Shown: positions 8,581 through 18,062, counted from the first letter of the stretch. The stretch is DNA of 64,000 nt from an uncultured Acidobacteriota bacterium (GCA_963819745.1 CAWFXG010000039.1:10920-74919), one strand, 5' to 3'. Program-made: numbers and translations. Notes: generated by a model from the letters alone, not told the origin.

Positions 8581-11310
8581 ATGTCCCTGTTGCGCAAACT
8601 GGCGGACGGGCTCCGCTCGTTGTTCCGGAAGGAACAGGTTTCCAGGGAACTGGACGAAGAATTGGACAGCTTCGTGGAGATGGCTACTGAGGAAAAGATG
8701 GGAGACGGCATGACCCGCGCCGATGCCGCTCGCGCGGTGCGCCTGGAGCGGGGCAGCCGGGAAGTGGCGAAGGAGCATGTGTATGCCGCCGCATGGGAAT
8801 CGGTGGTAGAGAGAATCTGGCGCGACATTCGCTTCGGTGTCCGTTCTCTCCGCAAAGCTTCGGGTTTCAGCGCCGTTGTTGTGCTCACTCTGACCCTTGG
8901 CATCGGCGCGAACACCGCCGTTTTCACCTTGCTGAACGCCGTGATGCTGGAATCACTGCCGGTACCGAATCCGGAGCAGCTGTATCGCCTGGGCGACAAC
9001 AACAATTGCTGCAGCATGACCGGCACCCAGGACGGCGGCAGTTTTGTTTTGTATTCCCATCCACTTTACGAATACCTTCGCGACCACACTCCCGAATTCG
9101 AACAACTCGCCGCCTTTGAGTCCTATCTCGAAGATTTAATCGTTCGCGGGCCGCACGATTCCGCCGCCGAGCCGTACAGGGGCGAGTTCGTGTCCGGCAA
9201 CTATTTCCAGATGTTGGGTATTCACCCCGCTGCCGGACGGCTGCTCGGACCGGCTGACGATTCGCCAAGCGCGCCGCGCATGGCGGTGATGAGCTATCGC
9301 CTGTGGCAACAGCGCTTCGCGCTCGATCCCTCGATGATCGGCTCGGTCCTGAGCATCAACGGCGCCTCGTACACCATTGTTGGCGTCACTGCTCCACAAT
9401 TCTATGGCGAGACGCTGCGCAGCGATCCTCCGGACTTATGGTTTCCCCTGGCCGGAGAACGGGAGCAGTGGCGATTACAAAGCGCGAACGTCGAGTGGCT
9501 GTATCTGGTGGGCAGACTCAAGACCGGGATTGCACCGGACTTGGTCCAGGCCCGGCTCAACACAGAGTTGCAGCAGTGGCTCGCCAGCCATCGCGACGTG
9601 ATTCCCCAGCGAGATTGGAACGACATCCCCCGGCAACACATTCGGCTGACGCCAGCGGCGCGGGGCGTCGAGCAAATACAGACGAATTATTCCTTGGCCT
9701 TGCGCTTGCTGGCGACGCTTTCGGCTTTGCTGCTGCTGATCGCGTGCGCGAACATCGCCAGCCTGCTACTGGCGAGAGGATTGGATCACCAGTCGCAAAC
9801 CGCGGTGCGGCTGGCCTTGGGCGGGACGCGCAGCCGCTTGATTTGCCAGTCGCTCACGGAAAGCGTGCTCCTGGCCGCCGCCGGTGGTGTGGCGGGCCTG
9901 TACGTCGCCTACGCGGGAACTCAGGCGCTATTGTTGTTGGCGTTTCGCGGCGCACATTACGTTCCGATCAGCGCGCGTCCTTCTCTGCCCGTACTCGGAT
10001 TCGCCATTCTGCTGTCGCTGGCCACAGGCGTTGTGTTTGGAATCGCGCCGGCCTGGATGGCATCGCGGTCGAATCCGGCCGACGCTTTGCGCGGCGCCGG
10101 GCGCGCGACCGGAGGACGATCGTTAAAGGTTCAGAAATCGCTGATCGTCGTGCAGGTCGCTCTTTCGATTGTGCTGCTGGTGGGTGCCGGTTTGCTCACC
10201 AGGAGTTTGCGCAACCTAGAATATCAGCAATTCGGGTTCGTGACCGATGGACGGCTCATCGTCAGCCTCATCAATCTGCCGGCCGCCGGCTATACGGAAG
10301 AGAAGCTTCCAGCGCTGTATCAGCGGCTTGAGGAAGCGATGCCGCCGATTCCCGGGGTGCTGAGTTCCAGTCTTTCGACGTACAGTCCCTTGGCAGGGAA
10401 CAACTGGAACGAATACGTATCGATTCAGGGGAAGCCGCCGGATTCCAGGACGGCGCCATCCTGGCTGCGCGTTGGACCGCATTATTTTCAGACCATCGGC
10501 ACACGATTGCTGCAAGGCCGCGTGATCGACGAGCGCGACCGTCCCGGCGCCCCAACCGTTGCGGTTGTAAACGACACGTTCGCGCGCAAGTTTTTCCCTG
10601 ACGAAAATGCCATCGGCCACTACTTCGGCATGACCGATCTTGGTCATAGCGGCGACTATGAGATCGTCGGCATCGTGGAGGACGCAAAATATCAGGACAC
10701 GCGCGGCCCTGCCTATCCCACGTTCTTCTTGCCGCTGCTCCAGGTGCGTCCGGGAGAGCCGCTGCGGGGCTGGGTCAGCACGATCGAGCTTCACGTCGCG
10801 GGCAGGCCCGAGAACCTCGAACCAGCCGTTCGCAAAGCAATCGCGGAGGTGGATCCCAATCTGACGGTACTGAGAGTGGTGAGCTTTGACGAGCAAGTGG
10901 CGCGTAACTTTAATCAGGAACGGCTCATTGCGCGACTTGCGGAGGGGTTTGGTCTCCTCGCGCTCATCCTGGCCTGCCTCGGGCTGTACGGGGTAACCGC
11001 CTATGGCGTCACTCGACGAACCAACGAGATTGGAATCCGAATGGCGCTCGGAGCCGACCGCGGGAACGTCCTCGGCTTAGTGCTGCGAAACGCACTGGTG
11101 CACCTCGGGATTGGCCTGGCCATCGGCATACCGGTCGCTCTGGCGAGCGGATTTGTACTTGCCGGCCAACTTTATGGGGTGAAGAGTTACGATCCGTCGA
11201 TCTTGATTCTAGCCACGGTAATTCTCGCCGGCTGTGCGCTTCTCGCGGCGTTAGTTCCGGCGTGGCGCGCCACCAGGATCGATCCACTTCGAGCATTGCG
11301 TTACGAATAG
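8581..11310 (+). CDS. ADOP-type duplicated ABC/MacB-like permease
   Basis: ELDEEL N-terminus, LGIGANTAVF, LLIACANIA, RRTNEIGIRMALGA and DPLRALRYE motifs; downstream of PadR. Confidence 0.92.
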   Translation: MSLLRKLADGLRSLFRKEQVSRELDEELDSFVEMATEEKMGDGMTRADAARAVRLERGSREVAKEHVYAAAWESVVERIWRDIRFGVRSLRKASGFSAVVVLTLTLGIGANTAVFTLLNAVMLESLPVPNPEQLYRLGDNNNCCSMTGTQDGGSFVLYSHPLYEYLRDHTPEFEQLAAFESYLEDLIVRGPHDSAAEPYRGEFVSGNYFQMLGIHPAAGRLLGPADDSPSAPRMAVMSYRLWQQRFALDPSMIGSVLSINGASYTIVGVTAPQFYGETLRSDPPDLWFPLAGEREQWRLQSANVEWLYLVGRLKTGIAPDLVQARLNTELQQWLASHRDVIPQRDWNDIPRQHIRLTPAARGVEQIQTNYSLALRLLATLSALLLLIACANIASLLLARGLDHQSQTAVRLALGGTRSRLICQSLTESVLLAAAGGVAGLYVAYAGTQALLLLAFRGAHYVPISARPSLPVLGFAILLSLATGVVFGIAPAWMASRSNPADALRGAGRATGGRSLKVQKSLIVVQVALSIVLLVGAGLLTRSLRNLEYQQFGFVTDGRLIVSLINLPAAGYTEEKLPALYQRLEEAMPPIPGVLSSSLSTYSPLAGNNWNEYVSIQGKPPDSRTAPSWLRVGPHYFQTIGTRLLQGRVIDERDRPGAPTVAVVNDTFARKFFPDENAIGHYFGMTDLGHSGDYEIVGIVEDAKYQDTRGPAYPTFFLPLLQVRPGEPLRGWVSTIELHVAGRPENLEPAVRKAIAEVDPNLTVLRVVSFDEQVARNFNQERLIARLAEGFGLLALILACLGLYGVTAYGVTRRTNEIGIRMALGADRGNVLGLVLRNALVHLGIGLAIGIPVALASGFVLAGQLYGVKSYDPSILILATVILAGCALLAALVPAWRATRIDPLRALRYE

Positions 11311-11353
11311 TTCGCGCAGGAGAAATCGCCGGTATCGCGAGTCTTGAAATGGA

Positions 11354-11380
11354 ACGGGCGGGGCAAGCCCCGCCCGTACA
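11354..11380. repeat. REP-like perfect palindrome between convergent genes; possible bidirectional terminator
   Basis: ACGGGCGGGGC-AA-GCCCCGCCCGT, 11-bp stem; reads GTACGGGCGGGGCTTGCCCCGCCC on the minus strand. Confidence 0.6.
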
Positions 11381-11414
11381 GGTGAGACGCCGCTTAATCC
11401 GTTTCTTGCTTGCG

Positions 11415-11777
11415 TTACAGATGCGAAGCAATCTGCCACAGCGTGCCGCAGGGGTCCTTCACCATCGCCCTTCTGTCGCCATACGGTTGATCCGCGGGAA
11501 GCTCCAGTGTTTCTGCGCCGGCTTGGACCGCTCGCCGGTAAGTCTCATCCACATTTTCCACGTAGACATAAAGAAAAGCCGGCGCGGGCTCCCGAAGACC
11601 ATCTCCGTCGCTGATCATGATCACGGAATCGCCGATGCGGATCTCTGACGGGCGGTGGACCTGGAGCTCACCCTGCCCACCGAAAACCTCTTTCACGAAA
11701 CGCACCATCTCTTCCACTTTCGGGGTGATAACCCGGGGAATCACGGTGTGCCGGCCGTCTGGCTGAAAAGGTTTCAT
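11415..11777 (-). CDS. VOC/PhnB-like glyoxalase family protein
   Basis: IRIGDSVIMISD, LYVYVENVD and PYGDRRAMVKDP.G..WQI motifs. Confidence 0.88.
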   Translation of the reverse strand: MKPFQPDGRHTVIPRVITPKVEEMVRFVKEVFGGQGELQVHRPSEIRIGDSVIMISDGDGLREPAPAFLYVYVENVDETYRRAVQAGAETLELPADQPYGDRRAMVKDPCGTLWQIASHL

Positions 11778-11870
11778 AGGCGTCGCCTTTCGTCATTTTC
11801 CTGAGTCCAGCGAGTCTACAACGAGCACTGCGCAGGAGGCGGGTTCGGTGAAGGAGCATGACGATGCGGA

Positions 11871-11953
11871 CCCTCCCCCCGGTTTTTCGGAAGTGCGGAT
11901 TATAAAGGAGTTTAAGTCCTTTGAAATGGGAAGTGCGGATTACAAAGGATTTG
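11871..11953 (+). repeat. Dispersed intergenic element, copy 2 (C-tract, T-tract, forward/inverted/forward boxes)
   Basis: CCCTCCCCCC-GGTTTTTC-GGAAGTGCGGATTATAAAGGAGTT-TAAGTCCTTTGAAATG-GGAAGTGCGGATTACAAAGGATTT. Confidence 0.85.
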
Positions 11954-12046
11954 CGTGAGTGCCCAGAAATTCCCGCCGCGAATGATGGAATTGCCGCCTT
12001 CGCGTCTCCTTCTTGTTACAATTTGGAGGCTCGAAACACCGGACAG

Positions 12047-14737
12047 ATGCCTACATGTATCTACTGTGCGTCGCCGCTTGCGGAGAACGCCGCCTACTGT
12101 TCGTCGTGCGGTCAATCGACGGCATCGGCGGCACAACTCGAGACAATTGACGCAACAGGCGAGCGTCGCCCTCCCTTAAAACGTACCCCATCAGCAACAC
12201 CCACGGGACGGCCCCTGAGTTTGTCGGCTTCGGATCACGGGGGTTTTGTTCCCGGCACCATCCTGGCGAATCGCTTCCGGATCGTGAGCCTGGTGGGTCG
12301 TGGCGGTATGGGTGAAGTCTACCGCGCCGACGATCTGGAGCTGGGGCAAGCCGTGGCGCTAAAGTTCCTGGCGAAGGGAGCGGTGCGAGACGCAGCTGCG
12401 CTGGATCGCTTCCGTGGGGAAGTGCGGAACGCACGTCAGATCACCCACCCGAATGTGTGCCGCGTTTACGATATTGGCGAAAATGAAGGGCGAAATTTCT
12501 TGTCCATGGAGTATGTGGACGGAGAAGACCTTTCTTCGCTGCTGCGACGCATCGGCAGGCTGCCGGTGGCCAAGGCGACGGAACTCGCGCAGCAAATTTG
12601 CGCGGGGCTTTCCGCCGCGCATGCGCGGCAAATCCTCCACCGCGATCTAAAGCCTTCCAATGTCCTGGTGGACGGGCGAGGACACGCGCACATCACAGAC
12701 TTTGGCCTCGCCACGCGAGCAGACGAAGACACTGGTGAGGTAGCGGGAACACCGGCATACATGGCGCCGGAACAATTTCGGGGCGATGCGGCCAGTACTC
12801 GCACCGATGTGTACGCGCTGGGCCTGGTGCTGTACGAGCTATATACCGGAAAGCGCCCGTTTGAGGGCGGCAGCTTTGCGGAATGCAAGCAGCAACACTT
12901 GCAAAGTATCCCGGCTCCTCCCGGTGAAACGGTTCGCGACCTCGATCCCGGAATTGAAAATACGATTTTAAGATGTTTACAGAAAGATGCGACGAAAAGA
13001 CCACTGAGCGTCGCTGCGATATCGGCAGCTTTGCCCGGCGGGAACCCCCTGGCGGCCATGATTGCGGCTGGCGAAACACCTCCACCGGAAATGGTGGCGG
13101 CGTCGGGCGAAGCGGGAGCATTGTCCAGAAGCTCCGCATTGCTGTTGTCCGCGGCGATGCTTCTGTGTATCGGGGCGACGGTATATCTTGCCCGGTACGC
13201 GCACCTCATCAATCTGTTTCCCGTCGACAAATCCCGAGAATACTTGACGGATCGCGCCCGTGATCTGGCTTCCAGCCTGGGAGATGTTCCTGCCCCTGCC
13301 GACGACGCCTGGTGGTTTACCCAATCCAGCGACGATGATCGAATGTTGAGCCGGACGCCGGCACCGAAAAGGTACCGAGAAATAGCATCGATCTACCCGA
13401 GTGTTCTGCAATTCCGCTACCGGCAGAGCCCGCGACCGCTGCAAAGCACGTCGCACCGGAGAGTCCGGCCGCTCGACCCAGCGCCCTACTACTCGGGTGA
13501 GATTTCACTGGCTCTTGACACGAAAGGACGACTGGTATTTTTCTCTGAAATACCGCCCGAAAAAAGCGACCCCCCGCCGGGCGACCCGGCCCCGGAATGG
13601 GGACCATTCTGGCAAGCGGCGTCGTTAAATCCAGAGCGCCTGACACCGACATCGGCCGTATGGACGCCCGATGTTGCAGCAGACCATTCCTTTGCATGGA
13701 AGGGCGAAGAGCAAGGATACCAGTTCGAGGTTCACGGAGCCTCGTATCGCGGCAAGCCCATTTTTTTCCAGATCGTCCGGCCGGATCAGTCACCGGCGCG
13801 AATGGTGAAGGCATGGACGCCGGGCGGCAATCGATTTGCGGCAATCGTCTTCGGCATTCTTGGCGTGGCGACATTGTTGATTTCCCTATACTTCGCCTAT
13901 CGCAACCTGCGTTCCGGCCGGGGCGACCGTCGTGGCGCCTTGCGATTCGGACTGATCAGTTATGCGGTCAGTTTTGTCTTTCTGATGCTTACCTCTCACC
14001 ATTTGTACGACGTGGGCTACGAATGGGAGTGGCTCGAAGCCGCAATCGGAATGGCAGCGGGCATACCGTTAACTATGGCCGTTTTTTACCTCGCTTTGGA
14101 ACCGTACATTCGGCGCACTTGGCCAGAGTTGCTGGTTTCCTGGACGCGAATATTGTCGGGCAAGTTTACTGATCCGCTGGTAGGCCGCGATGTCTTCTTG
14201 GGAATTCTACTCGGCGCAGCACAAGTAAGTCTGTGGGTGAGTTTGGTTGCGGCACCGTTCTTCTTACCGGTACGCGGGGAGACGCCTTACTTCGAGCCAG
14301 CCACATTGGAATCGACTCCTGCGTTCCTGGGAGACACATTACAAAAGCTCAATGATAGTCTCACGAACAGTATCGGGGCTCTGTCGATGATGTTTCTGAT
14401 GGGCAAGCTCACCAGGCGGAAGTGGATCGCCGCAACCACCGCCGGCCTGTTCTGGACGGTGTTGAACATCAGCGGCTACAACTATTCGTTGGAAGTACCG
14501 GTGGCATTGGTTTCTGGAGCGATCGCTGCCTATGCGATAGGGCGACTTGGGCTGTTGGCTACCTTCTCGATGTTCGCGTCGATTTTCGTACTGTGGAGCA
14601 CACCGTTTTCCCTTGATTTCGGCCGCTGGTACGCAGGTCGGGGAGCCTGCGTGCTGCTGGTAGTGGTAGGGATGGCAGTTTACGGAATGCGAGTGTCGCT
14701 GGGCTCACAACGGTTATTGGACGCGCCACGCGATTGA
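12047..14737 (+). CDS. Hanks-type Ser/Thr protein kinase with N-terminal zinc ribbon and multi-TM C-terminus
   Basis: CIYC..CSSC; GRGGMGEV, VALKF, HRDLKPSN, DFGLA, GTPAYMAPE; about 8 C-terminal TM helices. Confidence 0.92.
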   Translation: MPTCIYCASPLAENAAYCSSCGQSTASAAQLETIDATGERRPPLKRTPSATPTGRPLSLSASDHGGFVPGTILANRFRIVSLVGRGGMGEVYRADDLELGQAVALKFLAKGAVRDAAALDRFRGEVRNARQITHPNVCRVYDIGENEGRNFLSMEYVDGEDLSSLLRRIGRLPVAKATELAQQICAGLSAAHARQILHRDLKPSNVLVDGRGHAHITDFGLATRADEDTGEVAGTPAYMAPEQFRGDAASTRTDVYALGLVLYELYTGKRPFEGGSFAECKQQHLQSIPAPPGETVRDLDPGIENTILRCLQKDATKRPLSVAAISAALPGGNPLAAMIAAGETPPPEMVAASGEAGALSRSSALLLSAAMLLCIGATVYLARYAHLINLFPVDKSREYLTDRARDLASSLGDVPAPADDAWWFTQSSDDDRMLSRTPAPKRYREIASIYPSVLQFRYRQSPRPLQSTSHRRVRPLDPAPYYSGEISLALDTKGRLVFFSEIPPEKSDPPPGDPAPEWGPFWQAASLNPERLTPTSAVWTPDVAADHSFAWKGEEQGYQFEVHGASYRGKPIFFQIVRPDQSPARMVKAWTPGGNRFAAIVFGILGVATLLISLYFAYRNLRSGRGDRRGALRFGLISYAVSFVFLMLTSHHLYDVGYEWEWLEAAIGMAAGIPLTMAVFYLALEPYIRRTWPELLVSWTRILSGKFTDPLVGRDVFLGILLGAAQVSLWVSLVAAPFFLPVRGETPYFEPATLESTPAFLGDTLQKLNDSLTNSIGALSMMFLMGKLTRRKWIAATTAGLFWTVLNISGYNYSLEVPVALVSGAIAAYAIGRLGLLATFSMFASIFVLWSTPFSLDFGRWYAGRGACVLLVVVGMAVYGMRVSLGSQRLLDAPRD

Positions 14738-14863
14738 AGCTAACGAACAAAGTGAGAACGGGAAGCGAGCCAAGGGAATTGCCGTAAAGATCCTGGCAGG
14801 GATGCTACCTGCCGTGCTCTTTGTTTCGTTGCTGGCGCAGGTGCTATTCCATCCGCGGTGAAG

Positions 14864-15166
14864 TCAAGCGTGGATCATCTCACGCCGACGTAGCGTGGGA
14901 AGGGCCTTGATGGATTTTCCCGCCTTGTTTTGCGCGAGCCGCAGATCGTAGAGGCTTTGCAGGTTGAGCCAAAACGCAGCGGTAGTGCCAAAGAAATGAG
15001 CCAAACGCAGTGCGGTATCGCCGGTGATGGCGCGGTTGCCGTTCAGGATTTGAGTGATGCGATTGGTGGGGACATCGAGTTGACGGGCAAGTGCGGCCGC
15101 GCTCATGTCGAGCGCTTGCAGTTCTTCGGCGAGGTGTTCGCCAGGATGAATAGGGGTAATCGGCAT
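14864..15166 (-). CDS. higA: HigA family antitoxin
   Basis: HPGEHLAEEL, RITQILNG.RAIT.DTALRL and FWLNLQ.YDL motifs. Confidence 0.93.
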   Translation of the reverse strand: MPITPIHPGEHLAEELQALDMSAAALARQLDVPTNRITQILNGNRAITGDTALRLAHFFGTTAAFWLNLQSLYDLRLAQNKAGKSIKALPTLRRREMIHA

Positions 15167-15174
15167 GGATGCTC

Positions 15175-15459
15175 CTAGTGATAATCAACAATCTCTATAT
15201 TTGATGGTCCCGGTGCCCGGTCAAGCCACTCAAAGCAGATTCGCCATTGATCGTTAATGCGGATGCTGTATTGGCCTTTCCGGTCTCCTGCCAAGGCCTC
15301 AAAACGGTTACCCGGCAAGGCCGCCAGGTCGCGCAAGGACGCGGCCGCCTCCACGCGGTCCAGCTTTAGGCGGGCAGATCGATCAAACCCAGAGAATGCC
15401 TTGACGCGTTTCCCGATGGCGAAGTCTTGGGTTCTTTTGTCCCGATAGCTGACAATCAC
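15175..15459 (-). CDS. higB: HigB (RelE/ParE-family) toxin
   Basis: PGNRFEAL.GDRKGQYSIRINDQWRICFEW and EIVDYH motifs; upstream of the antitoxin. Confidence 0.93.
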   Translation of the reverse strand: MIVSYRDKRTQDFAIGKRVKAFSGFDRSARLKLDRVEAAASLRDLAALPGNRFEALAGDRKGQYSIRINDQWRICFEWLDRAPGPSNIEIVDYH

Positions 15460-15468
15460 CTGGCGGTC

Positions 15469-15502
15469 AAAGTATCAGTAACTACGCGTGACGTCAAGCG
15501 TA
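15469..15502 (-). promoter_or_regulatory. higBA promoter with palindromic operator
   Basis: Minus strand TTGACG-N17-TACTTT with extended TG; TACGCGTGACGTCAAGCGTA (15483-15502) is an 18/20 palindrome over the -35. Confidence 0.6.
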
Positions 15503-15536
15503 CAGCTCGAGAATCTGGAATGGCGCCGGCGGGACG

Positions 15537-16001
15537 TTAAGGTTTGTTTTCTGGCGAAGTGGGCGCGGAATCGGTGTCGGAGGCGGGGGTTTCGGGCCAG
15601 GAGTCGGGGAGGCGGATGGCGTTGTCGATCAGGTTGTGCCAGGTCTTGGTGGAGTAGGCCACGCCGGTTTCCTTGTAGACCTTGGGAACGGAGTAGAGGA
15701 GGAGCTGGCCGAGATAGGCGAGGGTGGCGGCGTCGCGCTGGGAGATGCGCTTCTGGGCCAGAGCGGTGAAGACTTTGCTGAGGACGTGATTAATGTCGGC
15801 GGCGGTGAGGTAGTCTCCGGTGAGGGAAGCGGCGAGATGGGCGCCAAATTCGCGGGCAACGCGGAGCTCCTGTTCGTCGCGAGCGTGAAAGAGGCAGAGC
15901 GTCGGGTGGTCGGGGGCGCGAAGCATGCGGCAACGGCGGCCGTCGGAGAAAGGGAACTCGCAGAATTTGGATGAGCTGGAACCGGTACGCTTTTCGGTCA
16001 T
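15537..16001 (-). CDS. Hypothetical protein with C-x9-C-x11-C-x2-H zinc-finger-like motif and helical domain
   Basis: CEFPFSDGRRC..CLFH; RBS AGGAG upstream; clean ORF. Confidence 0.7.
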   Translation of the reverse strand: MTEKRTGSSSSKFCEFPFSDGRRCRMLRAPDHPTLCLFHARDEQELRVAREFGAHLAASLTGDYLTAADINHVLSKVFTALAQKRISQRDAATLAYLGQLLLYSVPKVYKETGVAYSTKTWHNLIDNAIRLPDSWPETPASDTDSAPTSPENKP

Positions 16002-16165
16002 GGATTACTCCTGACAGGAGGGCCGGCGGTGCGCACGGAGTTCGGCAAGGCGGAGACCGGCCCAGAATGAAAACAACGTATTGAAATCAATATATTGAAA
16101 ATAAAGGGATTAAAAAATTGGGAAGACGGAAAGTGGCGGATGGCCCGCACACATTTACAGAGAGA

Positions 16166-16194
16166 AGTATAGCAAGGACGGAGAGGTTAGTCAA
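16166..16194 (-). promoter_or_regulatory. Sigma70-type promoter TTGACT-N17-TATACT for the C3H gene
   Basis: Plus strand AGTATA at 16166-16171 and AGTCAA at 16189-16194; spacer 17. Confidence 0.65.
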
Positions 16195-16245
16195 GAGGCA
16201 ATATAATGGGATGGTTAAACGTTCGAATGACGATTTGGCAAATGA

Positions 16246-16686
16246 TTATTTGGCGGCGATGAGGTCGCGGATGCGGTCGTACTGCGGCTGGGAGAGGATA
16301 TGTTTGGCAACGAGATCGTGTTTGTCGTCGAAGGGACGGGCGGCGATGATTTCGTGGGCTTGCGGGCGGGTGATGCCGGGAAGGGCGAGGAGTTCGCGTT
16401 GGGTGGCGGAATTGATGTCGAGAGGGGGGCGACCGCTTTCTTTCCAGCCTTCGCGAACGCCTTGAGCGGCGGCGCGAGCCTGCTTGGCGGCGACGTGAGC
16501 GGCTTCGCCGAGTTTACGCCCGGCGTCTTCGATGACGGGCTTGGCTTTTTCTGTGGCGCGAGCAACTTCGTCGCGAGTTTTTTCCTCGCTGGTGCGGGAG
16601 TCGTCGGAAGAGAGGCAACCGGCCGCGAGAAATAAGGCGGTGGAGCAAACGAGAGCGAGCAAGAACCGAAGGCGTCCGCTGACCAT
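16246..16686 (-). CDS. Lipoprotein with ComEA-like helix-hairpin-helix domain
   Basis: Lipobox LAAGC; LDINSATQRELLALPGI..AHEIIAARPF. Confidence 0.82.
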   Translation of the reverse strand: MVSGRLRFLLALVCSTALFLAAGCLSSDDSRTSEEKTRDEVARATEKAKPVIEDAGRKLGEAAHVAAKQARAAAQGVREGWKESGRPPLDINSATQRELLALPGITRPQAHEIIAARPFDDKHDLVAKHILSQPQYDRIRDLIAAK

Positions 16687-16793
16687 GGAATCTCCTGTTT
16701 TCTTAGCTATTTAGATGCGTGGAAACGGGAAAACAGCCACCAGACGCTGGGGCCAGGTAGAGCCGGTTCGTCGTGGATAGTGGTGGATAGGGG

Positions 16794-17921
16794 TCAACGC
16801 AAGTCACGGAAGAAAGCGGTGAGATCCGTGGCGACGGCCGCAGGTTGCTCGACCGGAGCGAAGTGCCCGCCGCGAGGGAAGACGGTCCAGCGCTGGATGT
16901 TGTAGACGCGCTGGAGATAAGAGCGCGGCGGATCGCCTTCGGGAACGGTCTGGTGCGCGAAAACACCAAACGCCGTGGGAGTGCGGATGTAGCTGGGATG
17001 GACGGGATGCCAGCGATTGTCCCAGTAGTCGCGCATCGATGAGGTGATGGTCTGCGTGACCCAATAGAGGGTGAGCGTGGCGCAAAGGAAGTCGTCGGGC
17101 GGAGCGACGTCGCTCCACGAGTGCCACTTCTCGCCGATGTAGGCGGCCAGGCCGGCAGGGGAATCGTTGAGTCCATAGCCGACAGTCTGCGGCTTGGTGG
17201 ACTGAATGGTGCTGTAGCCGCGCTCGGTGGCGTCCCAGGCGCGGCTGACCGCGAGGTAGGAACGCTCGGCAGGGGAGAGGTCGGTGTCGGCGACTACGGG
17301 AGTGAGGTCGGACTCGAGCGTAGTCAAATAGATGCCGATGACGGATTCGGGACGGTCGTGCGCGAGGAACGTGGTGACGCCGGCGCCAAAGTCATAGCCG
17401 GCGGCAGCGTAGCGGGAATAGCCGAGCTCGGACATGAGCCGGTGCCAGCGGTCGGAGACGTATCGATAATTGACGCCGACCTGGAGTGGGCGCGGCGAGA
17501 ATCCGTACCCGGGAAGGGAGGGAACGACCACGTCGAAGTGCTCGAGCATGGGCAGCATGTCGAGGAAATCGAGGAACGTGCCGGGCCAGCCGTGCGTGAG
17601 GATAAGCGGCAGACCTTGGCCCAGAGGGCCGGATGGGGCACGGTGATGCAGGAAGTGAATGCCTTCCCAGGTGAAGTGGTGGAGCGCGTTGAGCTTGCGC
17701 TCCCAGACGCGCCAGTCAAATTCGTGAGCCCAGTAGGATACGAGACGGCGTAACCACTCCAACTCGGTGCCCTGTTTCCAGCCGATGCCGGGAATCTGAT
17801 CGGGCCATCTGGTGCGGAGCAAGCGGGCGCGCAGATCGTCGAGCACGTCATCGGCGACATGAATGTGAAACGGTTCCAAGCAAGCAGCTCCCGCTAAGCC
17901 GTTTCCCGCGACCAGCCACAC
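16794..17921 (-). CDS. Epoxide hydrolase (alpha/beta hydrolase); start uncertain
   Basis: PFHIHV..LDDL..RL..TRWP, HGWPG, SLPGYGFS, GYDFG and GGHFA motifs. Confidence 0.9.
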   Translation of the reverse strand: MWLVAGNGLAGAACLEPFHIHVADDVLDDLRARLLRTRWPDQIPGIGWKQGTELEWLRRLVSYWAHEFDWRVWERKLNALHHFTWEGIHFLHHRAPSGPLGQGLPLILTHGWPGTFLDFLDMLPMLEHFDVVVPSLPGYGFSPRPLQVGVNYRYVSDRWHRLMSELGYSRYAAAGYDFGAGVTTFLAHDRPESVIGIYLTTLESDLTPVVADTDLSPAERSYLAVSRAWDATERGYSTIQSTKPQTVGYGLNDSPAGLAAYIGEKWHSWSDVAPPDDFLCATLTLYWVTQTITSSMRDYWDNRWHPVHPSYIRTPTAFGVFAHQTVPEGDPPRSYLQRVYNIQRWTVFPRGGHFAPVEQPAAVATDLTAFFRDLR

Positions 17922-17979
17922 GGGCCCGGCAAAGGATGTGAAGTCCGACTAGTGTGGCGCGTTACGGGAGTCAGAGGCA

Positions 17980-18020
17980 AACCGAAAGAAGCCGGGACAG
18001 GATTGATGGCTGCCCCGGCT
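17980..18020 (-). terminator. Intrinsic terminator downstream of 18063..18725
   Basis: Minus strand AGCCGGGGCAG..CTGTCCCGGCT followed by TCTTTCGGTTT. Confidence 0.55.
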
Positions 18021-18062
18021 CAACATTTTCGGAGGATGCGAAGGAGGAGATGGAGAAACGCG

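Noticed and set aside
11892-11919. dif site: AGTGCGGATTA resembles the XerC arm GGTGCGCATAA (8/11)
   Set aside because: The position of the XerD arm (TTATGTTAAAT) does not match after a 6-bp spacer, and there are several copies.
11890-11953. CRISPR mini-array interpretation of the GAAGTGCGGAT repeats
   Set aside because: Only two direct units per locus, spacers are nearly identical between loci and are themselves inverted boxes, and there are no cas genes.
17975-18020. c-di-GMP-I riboswitch suggested by GGCAAACC..GAAA
   Set aside because: The P2 stem and downstream consensus are missing; the hairpin is better explained as a terminator.
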